From Camelus dromedarius (taxonomy: Eukaryota), in the NCBI RefSeq assembly GCF_036321535.1, contig NC_087437.1:91762001-91826000 (forward strand): 64,000 bases of DNA, read 5' to 3'. The notes beneath the pieces were generated by a model. It was not told where the DNA came from and ran no database searches. It saw only the letters and a program-made list of their open reading frames with translations. The position numbers were made by a program, and so were the translations under genes. Numbering within the stretch: the stretch's first letter is position 1; each line of letters opens with the position of its first letter. Below, piece by piece: positions 1-11,604 of the stretch.

Positions 1-1139
1 TTCTGAGAGACCAATCATCATTCATAAAATAATATTTTATCATGAGCAAGAATGACAGTTGTATACCAATCATTATTGTTGTTTGAAATGCTTGAATTTG
101 GGGCCATTTGGAAAGGCATAGAAGATAATTACCAACGTTAGTATCTGTCCATCAAGAACTAACTTGACCATGATGACTTAGAAAGCAAATTATCAAGGAC
201 CAGTCAGTGTTTTTCAGTCATTATTTTCTAAGTTAAGAGAGGACCTATAATCTTTGTAAATAAATACTGCATTACTCTGACTGTTATAATCAGTATTCCT
301 GTCTATATTAAAACTTTTCAGGAGATTAAATTTGTCAGATACTTATTTTTATGAAATAAACAAAGGAAAGGTTATGTTGAGCTTATATTTATCTTAAGTT
401 CAATGCAAATATTTTATAAGAAGTATCTATTTTGTTGGTTGCTTAGTAACCCTGCAGTATGAAAAGCTAGGGAGTGTTTCCCTAATTTACTTTGTATATA
501 ATATTTTGAGAATTTTAATAATCTATTGTTGTCTGTTAGGTACAATCTGCTGCATTCTGTTATTGCTGTGTGGCCTCTGAGCAGTACTTGGATTATATTT
601 TCTTTAAATATCCCTGACTTGAGCATTACTGGCAACACATCTATTCAGATTGCTGTCTGTGGCTAGAGCTAAAGTATTTTATTGCTATTTCTCTATATGA
701 AGAAAAACAAGGGCAAATATGCATTTTATATACTACTTTAGTTGCCAAGGATACTTATAATTTGTTTCCAAGGTAAAAAGTATTGAGCTTTTCTGATATA
801 TGAAGTTACACAAAAATTAAAAACAATAAAATTCAACTATTTTTATTACCTATCTACTAATTTCCATATATACATTTGACTCAATGTGCATTTATACAAG
901 TGTGTGTCTATTTATACACTGAATATGTACAAATTGTTACAGCTTTCTTTAAGGGAGTTAATAAATTTATCTATCCATTTATATAATGAAGAAAGCATAG
1001 AGAACAACATCTAATATAAAAATACAGTTCAAAAGCCCAAATTTCAAGGAACATAATTTTTTTCAAAAGACTAAATGAGCACAGCAAATATATAAAAAGA
1101 TGAGAAGTAAATAAAAATAAATATTAAGACAGAGGCTGA

Positions 1140-1250
1140 GTCAGTAAAGCCTAAGGAAATGCTACAGTAACATTCAATCTCAAAGTTCTGTGGCTTAACC
1201 TAGCAAAAATTAATTTCTCCACCACACTACATGTACAAAGCAGAGCAGGA
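1140..1250 (-). mobile_element. Old MaLR LTR fragment (MLT1J/K-like)
   Basis: 'tgctacagtaacattcaatctcaaagttctgtggcttaacctagcaaaaattaatttctc...ctacatgt' resembles the reverse complement of the MLT1 LTR 3' end (tgctgcagtaacaaacaaccccaaaatctcagtggctt). Recalled consensus. Confidence 0.55.
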
Positions 1251-1436
1251 ATGTCACCAAAGTTGTGTTAGGTGATGCTCATACTATAGGCACGAAAATA
1301 ATAATGTTCTGATAACTTATTGTTTATATAAATATTCACCATATTACAGTTGTAATCTCAGCAATAATTCCATGCAAGGAAAAAATATATAACATGACTG
1401 ATAAAATAATCTTCATTCATGATGAATTCACCTTGT

Positions 1437-1790
1437 GTTATTCTGTTAGGATACTGTAATATATGCTGTAGTATTAAACAGTTTCAACGGCTCAGTGGCT
1501 AAACACAGTGAAACCTCCTCATTCATTTATTTCACCTGAGGGAGTGCTAGGGTCGTATTTATTATAGTCACTCAAGAACCCATATTGATGATAGCTTCAT
1601 CACAACCTATGTTTTCATGAATACCAAAGTACATAAAGAACAAAATAAAATTACGTATTGGTTCTTAAACCCTTAAATGACCATATTATCTGCTGTAAGT
1701 TATTTGGCTAAAATGAGTCACTTGGTCAGTGCTTAACAGGACTGACAAGAGAGAAAATGAAGAATTTTGGGGAATTCTGATGATTATCAC
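1437..1790 (-). mobile_element. MaLR solo LTR, MLT1K/L-like
   Basis: Motifs 'ctcagtggctaaac', 'gtcactcaagaaccca' and 'ttggctaaaatgagtcacttggtca' occur in the order expected for an antisense MLT1K-type LTR. Confidence 0.6.
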
Positions 1791-1816
1791 AAAGACTCAA
1801 GTAAACAACATAACTG

Positions 1817-2060
1817 TTTTACCCATTACCCCTTCCAGTTTGGTGAGCACTGGTTTATTCTCTTTATCTGTAAGTCTATTTCTGTTTTGCTGTATTTTTT
1901 TCTTTGTTTTTTAGATTCCAGATGTAAGTGAAAATTTACAGTATTTGGATTTCTCTGTCTGACATTTCACTAAGCATAACACCTTCCAGGTTTATCCATG
2001 TTGTCACTCACAAATGGCGAGATTTTATTATTTTGATGGCTGAGTAACATCCATTACATA

Positions 2061-2100
<40 letters not shown>

Positions 2101-2400
2101 CATGTATATATATACACATACATGTGTATATATATAAATATACACATATATATTTTTATGTATAAGTATGTAATCTTTATCAGTCTGTCAACACTTAGGT
2201 GAAGGTGTTTAAGAGACCCAAACTACTAGTTATAAAGTAAATAATTCATGGGGATGTAAAGTACTGCAAAGGGAATATAGTCAATAGTATTATTATAAAT
2301 TTATGTGGTACATAGTCTATAGAAAGATCAAGTCACTATGTTGTACACCTAAAACTTACATATTATTTAAGTCAACTATAATGACAAAAATGAAAAAGAA
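1817..2400 (+). mobile_element. 5'-inverted, truncated LINE-1 3' UTR (minus arm ~1817-2200, plus arm ~2196-2400)
   Basis: Antisense L1 3'UTR ('ttttagattccagatgtaagtg...ggctgagtaa') is joined to the sense terminal 3'UTR ('aactactagttataaagtaaataa...tgttgtacacctaaaac...gtcaactata') followed by an A-rich tail. Confidence 0.8.
2056..2170. repeat. Compound (TA)n/(CA)n microsatellite inside L1 3'UTR
   Basis: Directly visible dinucleotide runs. Confidence 0.9.
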
Positions 2401-3931
2401 CTCTAATGAATGTACATTTTAAGATAATTTTGTTTAACTTTTATTATTCACATTATTATATACAACTATATATGTGTGGGCATATACACATATAAGATGA
2501 ATAATTTAGTGTTAATGGCATTAAGATATATTATCACATATATGTTCAAATTCAATTTTAGCTTACTTTTAGGGTAATTTTAAGTAAGAATGTCTTGATT
2601 GATATACCTATATTACATGTCACATCTATTCTCACCTGGGAATATTTTATAAATTTTGTCATATGAGAACAGCTATTGTTGTTAGTGAAATACACAGAAC
2701 AACCCTGACAGTGATTGAGAAAAATCAATTCCATCAGAAGTTAATACTCTAGAGAAAACACAAAATTGTTCTAAAGAAATACTGTCATTGATTTTTTTTA
2801 TCATGACTCAAGCAAAATGTACAGTTCCATACACATTCTTCCATCTCATTCATTTTCATTCACTCTATTCTTATGTTCTTATGTAACAATTTAGATTACT
2901 GATTTGGGACTTCTTTTCTAATGTAAGCATTTAGTGCTCTAACTTTTCCTCTAGGCACCACTTTATTGTATCTTACAATTTTTGCTATTTTTCATTTTTA
3001 TTCAGTTCTATGTGTTTTTATTCCATTCTATGTATTTTATTTTTATATTTTTAATCCATAGATTATTTAAAAATTGTTTAAGTGTTTGGGATTTATCTGT
3101 TGCCTTTATGTCACTGATCTCTGGTTTTGTTCCATTTTGTTAGATCATATACACTGTATGATTTCTATTATGTTAAATACATTAAGATTTGTTATATGAC
3201 ACAGATTATTATCAGTTTTGCTCAATATTCCATGGGCACTAGGAAAGAATATGTATTTTGCTGATGGATAGTGTAATTTATAATATCTGTTAGATCCTGT
3301 TGTCTGATGATACTCAGTTCTATATCCTTATTGATTTTGTATATTTCTAGCAAAATCTGAGAGTGTGTTGTTGAAGTTCTCAACTCTAAATATGATATTG
3401 TATATACTTCAAGTCTATCGGTTTTTATTTTATGTGTTTTGAAATTCTAGTCTTTGATATGTACGTATTTAGACTTACTGTATCTTTTTAATACATAGAT
3501 GCTTTTATTATTATGTAATGTCCCACTTCGTTTCTAGTAGTTTTTCATTTGAACTTTTCATTAGCTGATATTATAGTTACTCTTACTCTTCTTAATTTTT
3601 GCATGCTATAGCTTATTACATTCTTTTACTTCCAATATACATTGTTAAGTTTGAAATACGTTTTTTATACCCAGAAAATAATTGCCTGTTTTCTGTACTC
3701 TGCTCATCTCTGTCTTCTGTTTGGTGTCTTTAAACATTTACATTTAGACTAATTATTCTATTAGAGTTTCAGAGAAACTCTTTATTATTAGTTTTTTGTT
3801 TTTTTCTAAGTTTCTAATTTTTGTTTCATTTCTCTTTGCTTTCTGTAGATGACTTGAATATTTTCATTTTATTTATAATGTTTCTAGTATTTTGTTTTGT
3901 ATCATTTTCTTAGGGGTTGATATAGATATTA

Positions 3932-3932
3932 C

Positions 3933-4000
<68 letters not shown>
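3932..4000. repeat. (TA)n(CATA)n(CA)n microsatellite
   Basis: Directly visible. Confidence 0.95.
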
Positions 4001-4001
<1 letters not shown>

Positions 4002-4445
4002 CTATCTTATCACAGCCTGTTGGTGTTAATGTCTTACCACTTTGGGTGAAGTGTAGAAATCCCACTTTTATTTAGGTCTCTTTACTATCAGATCTTTTAA
4101 AATGTTCTATAACTATTTCCTCTACATACATTGAGAAGTACATCTGATGGTGTTTAAATTTGGCTTCAATTACAAATTATAAGTTTAAAAATTAATAATG
4201 ATATTCTACTTTGTTACTTCTATTTTTATCTATCTATTGTTCTACTTTGCATTCTGAAGAGCCCAGACTCATTCTGCTATCATTTTCTTTCTGTTATGAA
4301 AGCTCTTTTTAGGTATTCTTTATGTTTAATCTGGTAAGAAAAGATTCATTTAGCTTTACTTTGCTTGACAATGCCTTTATTTATATTTTGTTCCTAAAGG
4401 ATAGTTTTGAGTTTGACAATTTCTCTCTTTCATCATTTGAAAATA

Positions 4446-4561
4446 CCGCAAGAGTAGATACGAAAATTTCTCACCATTAGCAAAAAAAAAAAAAAAAAAA
4501 GTTTGTAACTATGGTAAAAGATGTTAACTGGTTAAATAAAAAACTTGGGGGTCAAAAAAGG
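4446..4561 (+). mobile_element. Short L1 3'UTR fragment with internal poly(A), nested in the older L1
   Basis: 'aagagtagat..aaaatttctcacca(A)n..tgtaactatg..gatgttaact' is an L1MA-type 3'UTR motif. The host L1 resumes at ~4562. Confidence 0.6.
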
Positions 4562-7500
4562 AATATGTTATGCTACTGTCTTCTTGTCTCCATGGACTCA
4601 CACAGAAATCTGTTGTCATTCTAACCGGTATTCTTTATAAAGAATGGATTATTTCTCTTGGCTGCTTTTAGGATTTTTTCTTTAGTTTTACAAAATTTAC
4701 TTATGATTTTTCTTGGTGTGGATTTATTTGGAATTTTCCTAATTATGGTTTATTCTGCTTCTCAATTTTCAGCTGATTTTGCAGCAGTTTTACGAAAGTC
4801 ACTTTAAAAACTTTGTCAGATAATTCCAATATCTGATTTATCTCTACATTGGCATTAGTTAATCTTTTTTACCTTAAATTCTGGCTTTTCTGGGTGTTGC
4901 TATATTGAGTGATTTTCAGTTGTGTCTTGGATTTTTTTTATTACCTTGGGAAACTTTTAATCCTATTTACTTCTATTTTGTCATTCATTTATTTTGTTCA
5001 GATTTGGCATAGACACACTTTTCTACTTTGCTGGGCTCTAGTTCCAGGACAGTTGAGTTTTCTGAGTCCTTGCAAGGATATTCTGGTCTACTTCACTCTT
5101 CTAGTAGTACAGACACTTTTTTCCTGAGTCCTTTTAATGATGTTTACAGAGGCAGAAGGTGCTCCCCTGGACCATTTACTTTTACTGGGCAACTTTCAAG
5201 GGGATTTAGGGCAAACCCACTGAGGTGGGGTCTCTTTATTCTGCTGGATGGACTGCCAGGAGACACAGGGCATCACTGCCAATGTTGCTGTGGACAGGTT
5301 GGGGCATTTACCAGTGTAACAGTTGTGGTGCAGGGATTCGCCTGAGTTTTTACTGCTGTCATTGTTACCAGTGACCAGGACCACCTGATGGAACCTTAGT
5401 TCAGAGTGAGTTTGGGGGCTCCCCATTAGGTCTCTGTTAGGCGTCCTGTTTCTAAATCCTTTTGCCGGAAAGAGAATGCTTTTTGGAGGTGTTTTATTTA
5501 TACCTGCTGCATTTACCAGGTGGCAGGCCCCTCTGACACACAATTGGAAATTTTATGGGAAACAGAAAACTCAGGAAATAGCACGTTTTTCTTACTCAAG
5601 TCTTTGTCTCTAGTCAGTCTACCTTCTTTTCAGATCTCAGAGTCCTCTACTATGATCTGCTGAATAATTTCCAGAGTATTTAGAGGGAAAAGCTGGGAAC
5701 AGTAATTTTATGCCATTTTGTTCTAGAACCAGAATTCATATTGATGGTTTTTAAACAATATCTTTAGTCTTGTCTATATTTTGATACTATCTATTCCATA
5801 CTCTGAGCAATACTACAACTATATGGTAAATAATTCTATACAACTCCCCTTGCTGTCTTCTCCAAACGACCCAATACTCCCTTGTATTATGGTAGTGTAA
5901 TGTTTTTTTTACTTCTGTATGGTTTCAAATCCCTGTCTTTGATTCATCAGTTTTAATTGATTATCAGCAAGTAGCTAGGGGTCAAATGTACAGATTTTAT
6001 CAGGCTTTCAATGTCTTCCTTTTTCTCATGTTTACATTAGTTGTAATATTTCTTCATTGCTAGACATGTAATATACATACTATTAGAGTCCTTATCCTTG
6101 TTTCCTTTTTCTTCAGTCTATAGTTAAATATATTTAATGTTCAAAGTCAGTCATTTTTACCATAGTATATTGCTACTCCTAGTTTGACCTATAGAAGATG
6201 TCAGTCAAGAAACACCTTTTTTAATCAGTTTAAAATGAGATAAGTATAGGAAGTGAGTGTATTTGTAAAATTTTATAGAAATACAATGTCATCAGGAAAC
6301 TCTAGGGTTTTATTTCATACTTTGCTTAAATACTGGATCTCGAAGGATTGTGAAAAGAAACCTCTCTAATTCCTCCACATCACACCTAGGTAGTTGCCTT
6401 AACAGGATGCCACCTTGGTTCACAGAAAAGTAATAGTCAGGTGTAGGCTTCTTATCTCTATGAGGCATTCAGTTTCAGGGGCAGAATGTGTCTCAAGACC
6501 ACAAAAGAACCAACGTAAGAATATGACTAAAAAGCATAATTCTAATCTATTATAATAAAGTTGTGTTCTCAAGAGTTGTTTGTTGATTTCATTGATTTAA
6601 ATCACCTACATATAGACCTTCAACAAATCTTATATTTTGGCTTCAATTCTGTTCTTCTTCTCGGGGGTAAAAATAACAACAACAACAATAAACAAAAATG
6701 GTTGCATGGAAAGGTTTTTTCACAGCTGAAAAGATCTAGGAGGATTATTATTGTTGTTGTTGTTATTATTTTCTGAGATATTTTCTCAGAAAAAAAATGA
6801 TGGCACCCTTTCCCTTTATTATTACCCATATATATACCCTCTACTCAACCACAATTTTTTAATTTCTTTCTCTGTGTTAACTGTTTCTTTTCAGGCTTGA
6901 CTTCCCCAGGTAGGATTTTTTTGTTTCAGCCGTTAATACCCACCCACAGAAGACAGCACAAATAGACTTGCCAGAGCCTACATTTTTATCATTTCCTGGA
7001 AGAAGTCAGGTTAAAAAAGAAAAGAATAATGAGACTGTTTCTACAATTAGGCAGTGCAGCAGATATTATAATAAGTCCTATTTTAACCACATGAAATAAA
7101 TTCCCGAACAAGCCTATTGTTCCTTTAGGAATATGCAGAGAAAAATTCAAAGGAATTGAAATTCTTTACTAAGAAATAATGTCCCCTTTGGCCTGGATAT
7201 GTGAATATAACTGTATACTTGTACAAGACTTTGCGATAAGATAATGGGTTTATTACATGATATGTAAAAATAGTTTTGTGTGATTGCATCATTTCCAACA
7301 TTCACTTCAGAAACCTTTCCAAGAATTATCAATTTACAGTCCTTCATATTCAGATGATGTATTCAGCCAAGAATGTCTTTATCACCACCTTTCTCCATTT
7401 TTATTAACACTTTACTTTGTAATTAGTGGTTATAATTTTTAATCAAATAATAACTTTTGAGTTTAAGGGATATGTTAAGTCTGAAATACAGGGTACTTTT

Positions 7501-7864
7501 AGCTCATTTATATAATTGCCATAATAAAAGGAATAATCTGATTCATTATGGAACAAACATAATAAATTCATGTTTCAAAGAAATTAATATTTTTCAGTCA
7601 AAATGGAATAATTATCTTAATAGCCAGGATCATTTCAAATCCTTAAAGGTACTCCTAGCAGTCTATGGTAGACCCACATGTATGCAGGCCTTTGTTCTTG
7701 GGAAGTCTTATTCAAAGTAATTTTCTGTTTGCTTTCCATAAATTTTATCAAAGTAACAGAATCCATAGGCAACATATTAGCGTGCAGTTTTTTAACCAAT
7801 ATTGAATAGTTTGAGCATCATACTACTGCCTCTTTTCATGTACTATGTTAGAGTAGAGAATAGT

Positions 7865-7906
7865 TTATAAATCAACTATACTTCAACCAAAAAAAAAAAA
7901 AAAAAA
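7865..7906 (+). mobile_element. Extremely truncated young L1 3' terminus plus poly(A)
   Basis: 'ataaatcaactatacttcaa' followed by an unbroken A run. The same terminus is seen at ~20940 and ~56760. Confidence 0.7.
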
Positions 7907-8014
7907 GAGGAAGAGAGAAAAAGAGCATGGCAATCTTTGATTTCCAGTCTCCTTCAAAGTAAACAATTTTCCTAAACAAGGTACCCATTGGCAGGTGACT
8001 ACATGGCACAACGT

Positions 8015-11000
8015 ATTTTTAAATGACTTTACATTTGGGAGGAAAGTTTTAGGTTTGCAGTAAAATTGAGAAGGTATAAAGATTTCCCGTGAAGTCCCCT
8101 GTCCCCATACATGCATAGCCTTCCCTGGTGTCAACATCTCCCACCAGAGTGATACGTTGTTTACAATTGATGAGCTTATATTAACACATCGTAGTCATCC
8201 AAAGTCCACAGTTTAAATTAGAATTCATTCTTGGTGTTGTATATTCTGTGCATTTTGACAAATGTGAAATGACGGGTATTCATAATTATAGTCTCATACA
8301 GAATATTTTCATTGCCCTAAAACTACTCTGCTCTCCCTTTTCAACAGCCACCCCCTCTGACATTCACACATTCATGGCAACTTCTGATCTTTTAATCGTC
8401 TCCATAATTTTGCCTTTTATAGAATGTGATATAGTTAGAATCATACAGTATATATATAGCCTTCTCAGACAGGCTTCTTTCACTTTGAAATATGCATTTA
8501 AAATTTCTCCATGTCTTTTTAAGGCTTGATTGCTTGTTCTTTTTAGTGCTAAAAATAGTCCATTATCTAGGTGTACCACAGACATCTGTTCACCTTCTGA
8601 AGGCTATCTTAGTTGCTTCCAAGTTTTGACAGTCTTGAATAAAGCCATTGTAAAACTTCCACTTTCAGGTCTTCATGTTGACGTACGTTTTCAGCTCCTT
8701 TTGGTTAAACTAAGGAGAAAGATTGCTAGATTGTGTGGTAAGAATGTGTTTACATTTGTAAGAAACCAGGAAGCTGTCTTGCAAAGTGGCTATTCCATTT
8801 TGCATTCTCATCAGCAATAAATGAGAGTTTTATGAGTCTACATGAAATAAGCATTTGGTGGTGTCAATGTTCTGGATTTTGGCCATTGTAATAGGAGTGT
8901 AGTTGTATTTCATTCTTGTTTTAATTTGCATTCCTCTGATGACATATAACATAAAACATCTTTTCATATACATATTTGCTATGTGGAAATCTCCTTTAGC
9001 GTGGTGTCTGCAAAGGTATTTGGCCATTTTTTTACTGAGGTTGGTTGTTTTCTTACTGAATTTTAAGAGCTCTTTGTATGTTTTGTATAACAAGCCTTTA
9101 TCAGATGAATCTTTTAAAAATATTTTCTCCCAGTCTGTGGCTTATCTTTTCATTCTCTTGACATTGTCTTTCACAGAGTAGAAGTTTTAATGAGGTCTAA
9201 TTTATTAATTCTTTATTTCATGAAACCTGTCTTTGTTACTATACCTAAAAACGTAGTCATACCCAACGTCACCTAGGTTTTCTCTTTTGTTAAATTTAGG
9301 AATTTATTAATTTTGTTTTTTACATTTTGCTCTGTGATACATATTTTGAGTTAATTTTTGTTGGAAAGTGTAAGATCTGTGTCTACATTCTTTTTTTTTT
9401 TTTAATGTGGGTGACCACTTCTCATGACCATTTGTTGAAAGACTGTCAGTGCTCCATTATATTGCCTTTGCTTCTTTGTCACAGATCAGTGGACTATACT
9501 TAGTATAGGTCTGTTTCTGGGCTCTCTACTCCGTTTAGCTCAGCTATATTTCTGTGCTTTCTCTGACACTACACTGTCTTCATTGCTGTGGCTTTATAGT
9601 AAACTTGATAGTGTTGGTATCCCAACACTGTTCCTCTTAAATATTGTATTGACTCTTCTTAATATTTGCCTCTATAGACTTTAGAAACAGTTTGTCAGTA
9701 CCGACACAAATTAACTTGCTGGGATTTTGCTTGTTATTGCTTTGGGTCTGTAAGTTAAATTTGGAGAATTTACGTCTTGACGTTATTTTTCAATCTATGA
9801 ACATGGACTATCCCTCCCTTGTTTAGTTCTTTTTTGATGTTCAGCAGAGTTTTGTATTTTCCTTCATGTAGATATTGTACATAAATGTGAGATTTGTACC
9901 TACGTGTTTCATTTGTGAGTGCTAATGTAAATCGTATTAGTAATTTCAAATTCCACTTGTTTATTGTGGATATACAAAAAAGCAATTGGCTTTTTTGTAT
10001 TAACCTTGTATTCTGCAACATGCTACAATCAGTTACTAGTTCCAGGAGTGCTTTGCTTATTCATTTCTTTCAGAATTTCTACGTAGATTATCATATAATC
10101 TATAAATAAAAGGCAGTTTCATTTCTTTCTTCCCAATTGGTATACCTTTTATCTGCCTTTCTTACTGCATTAGGTACAACTTCTAGGATAGTGTTGAAAA
10201 GGAGTGGTGAAAGGAGATAGCCTATCCTTATACCTGATCTTAGGGAAAAAGCTTCAAGTTTCTAATCATCATGTATAATGTTAGCTACAGTTGTTGGTAG
10301 ATATTCTTGATCAAGTTGTGGAAGTTTCCCTCTATTACTGGTTTATTGAAAGCTATTATCATGAATGCTGTATTTTGTCCAACAAAACATTTTTTCTTTG
10401 TGTCTATTGATATGATCATGTTTAGCCTACTGATGTGATTACATTAATCGATTTTAAATGTTGAGCAAGTCTTGCATTCCTGGTACAAATCCGAATTGGA
10501 GAGTTTTATAAGTATTTGTATATTGTTGGATTCAATTTATTATTATTTTGTTGAAAAAATGTGTGTTTATGTTCATGAGAGATACTGGTCTATAGGTTTT
10601 TTTTTGGGGGGGGGAGGGCAGAATGTTTGCTGTGTTTCATGACAGTAATGATGACCTCATAGAATCAGTTAGGAAGTATCCCTTCCCTTCTAGCTTCTGA
10701 AGGAGGTTGAACAGAACTGGTACAATTTCTTCCTTAAATGTTTGGTAGAATTCTCCAGTTTACCCATCTGGGCCTGATGCTTTTGGATTTGGAAGGCAAC
10801 TAATTAGTGATTAAGTATTTTAATAGATACATGCCCATTCAGATTGTTTCTTCTTGTATGAGTTTTGGGAGATTGTGTCTTTCAAAGAATTGATTGTTTT
10901 CATCCAGGTTATCAAATTCATGGGCACTGAGTTCTTCATAATACTTTGTATTTATGCTTTTAATGTTTTGGGATCTGTATTGTTCCCTATTCCAAAACTG

Positions 11001-11341
11001 ATATTATTAATTTGTATTTTCTCTTTTCTTCTTGGTTAGCAGGGCTAGAGGCTTATCATTTTATTAATCTCTAAAAAGAATTAGTTTGGGTATCATTGAT
11101 TTTTCTCTATTGATTTCCTATTTCCAATTTAATTTTTTCTGTTTTAATTTGTACTTTTTATTCCTTCTGCTTACTTTGCACTTAATTTGCTCTTGTTTCT
11201 CTAGTCTCATAAGGTGGAAATTTAGATTATTGATTTTAGGGCTTTTCCTTTTCTAATAAATGCATTCAATATTATAAACTTCCCATTAAGCACTGCTTTC
11301 ACTTTTTCCCGCACCTTTCGAAAGTCGTGTTTTCATTTTCA
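8015..11341 (-). mobile_element. Old LINE-1 (L1MC1/2-like), 3'UTR and ORF2 (right part continues at 14848)
   Basis: L1MC-type 3'UTR 'catgcatagccttccc...cccaccagagtg...catccaaagtccacagttt'. ORF 8830-9093(-) 'MKRCFMLYVIRGMQIKTRMKYNYTPITMAKI' is an ORF2p C-terminal remnant. Confidence 0.88.
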
Positions 11342-11344
11342 CCT

Positions 11345-11600
11345 TTAAATACTTTTTCATAAAAGCTTTATTGATGAGTAGCTGATGTACATGTATGAAT
11401 ACATATGTAAAACTATCACCTCAATGAAAATAATGATTGTATTCATCACCTTAAAAGCTTTATCCTCATCCTTTGTAATTATTTCCTTTCAACCCCTCTC
11501 ACCCAATCTCCAGGCAACCACTACTTCTTCTCACTGTAGATTATTTTGCATGTATCTGAGTTTTATGTAAATGGAGTCATTTTACATAAATGGAACCATT
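11345..11600 (-). mobile_element. L1MB-like 3' end fragment
   Basis: 'gctttattga...aactatcacc...catcacc...ccaggcaaccact...ttttatgtaaatggagtcat' matches old L1MB/L1ME 3' termini. AATAAA on the minus strand at ~11367-11372. Confidence 0.65.
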
Positions 11601-11604
11601 TTTC

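Larger units (their letters stand above)
2885..5740 (-). mobile_element. Ancient LINE-1 (L1M; 5' part of ORF2, ORF1 and 5'UTR), heavily decayed
   Basis: Antisense ORF2 motifs 'ttttctaatgtaagcatttagtgct...ttttcctcta' and 'aagaatatgtattttgctg'. A more GC-rich 5'UTR-like part (~5100-5740) ends in 'gccattttgttctagaaccagaa', typical of old L1M 5' termini. Confidence 0.75.

Noticed and set aside
4909..5543. Overlapping ORFs of 72-115 aa in a GC-richer patch
   Set aside because: They lie in the 5'UTR region of an ancient L1, and I recognise no protein or splice structure.
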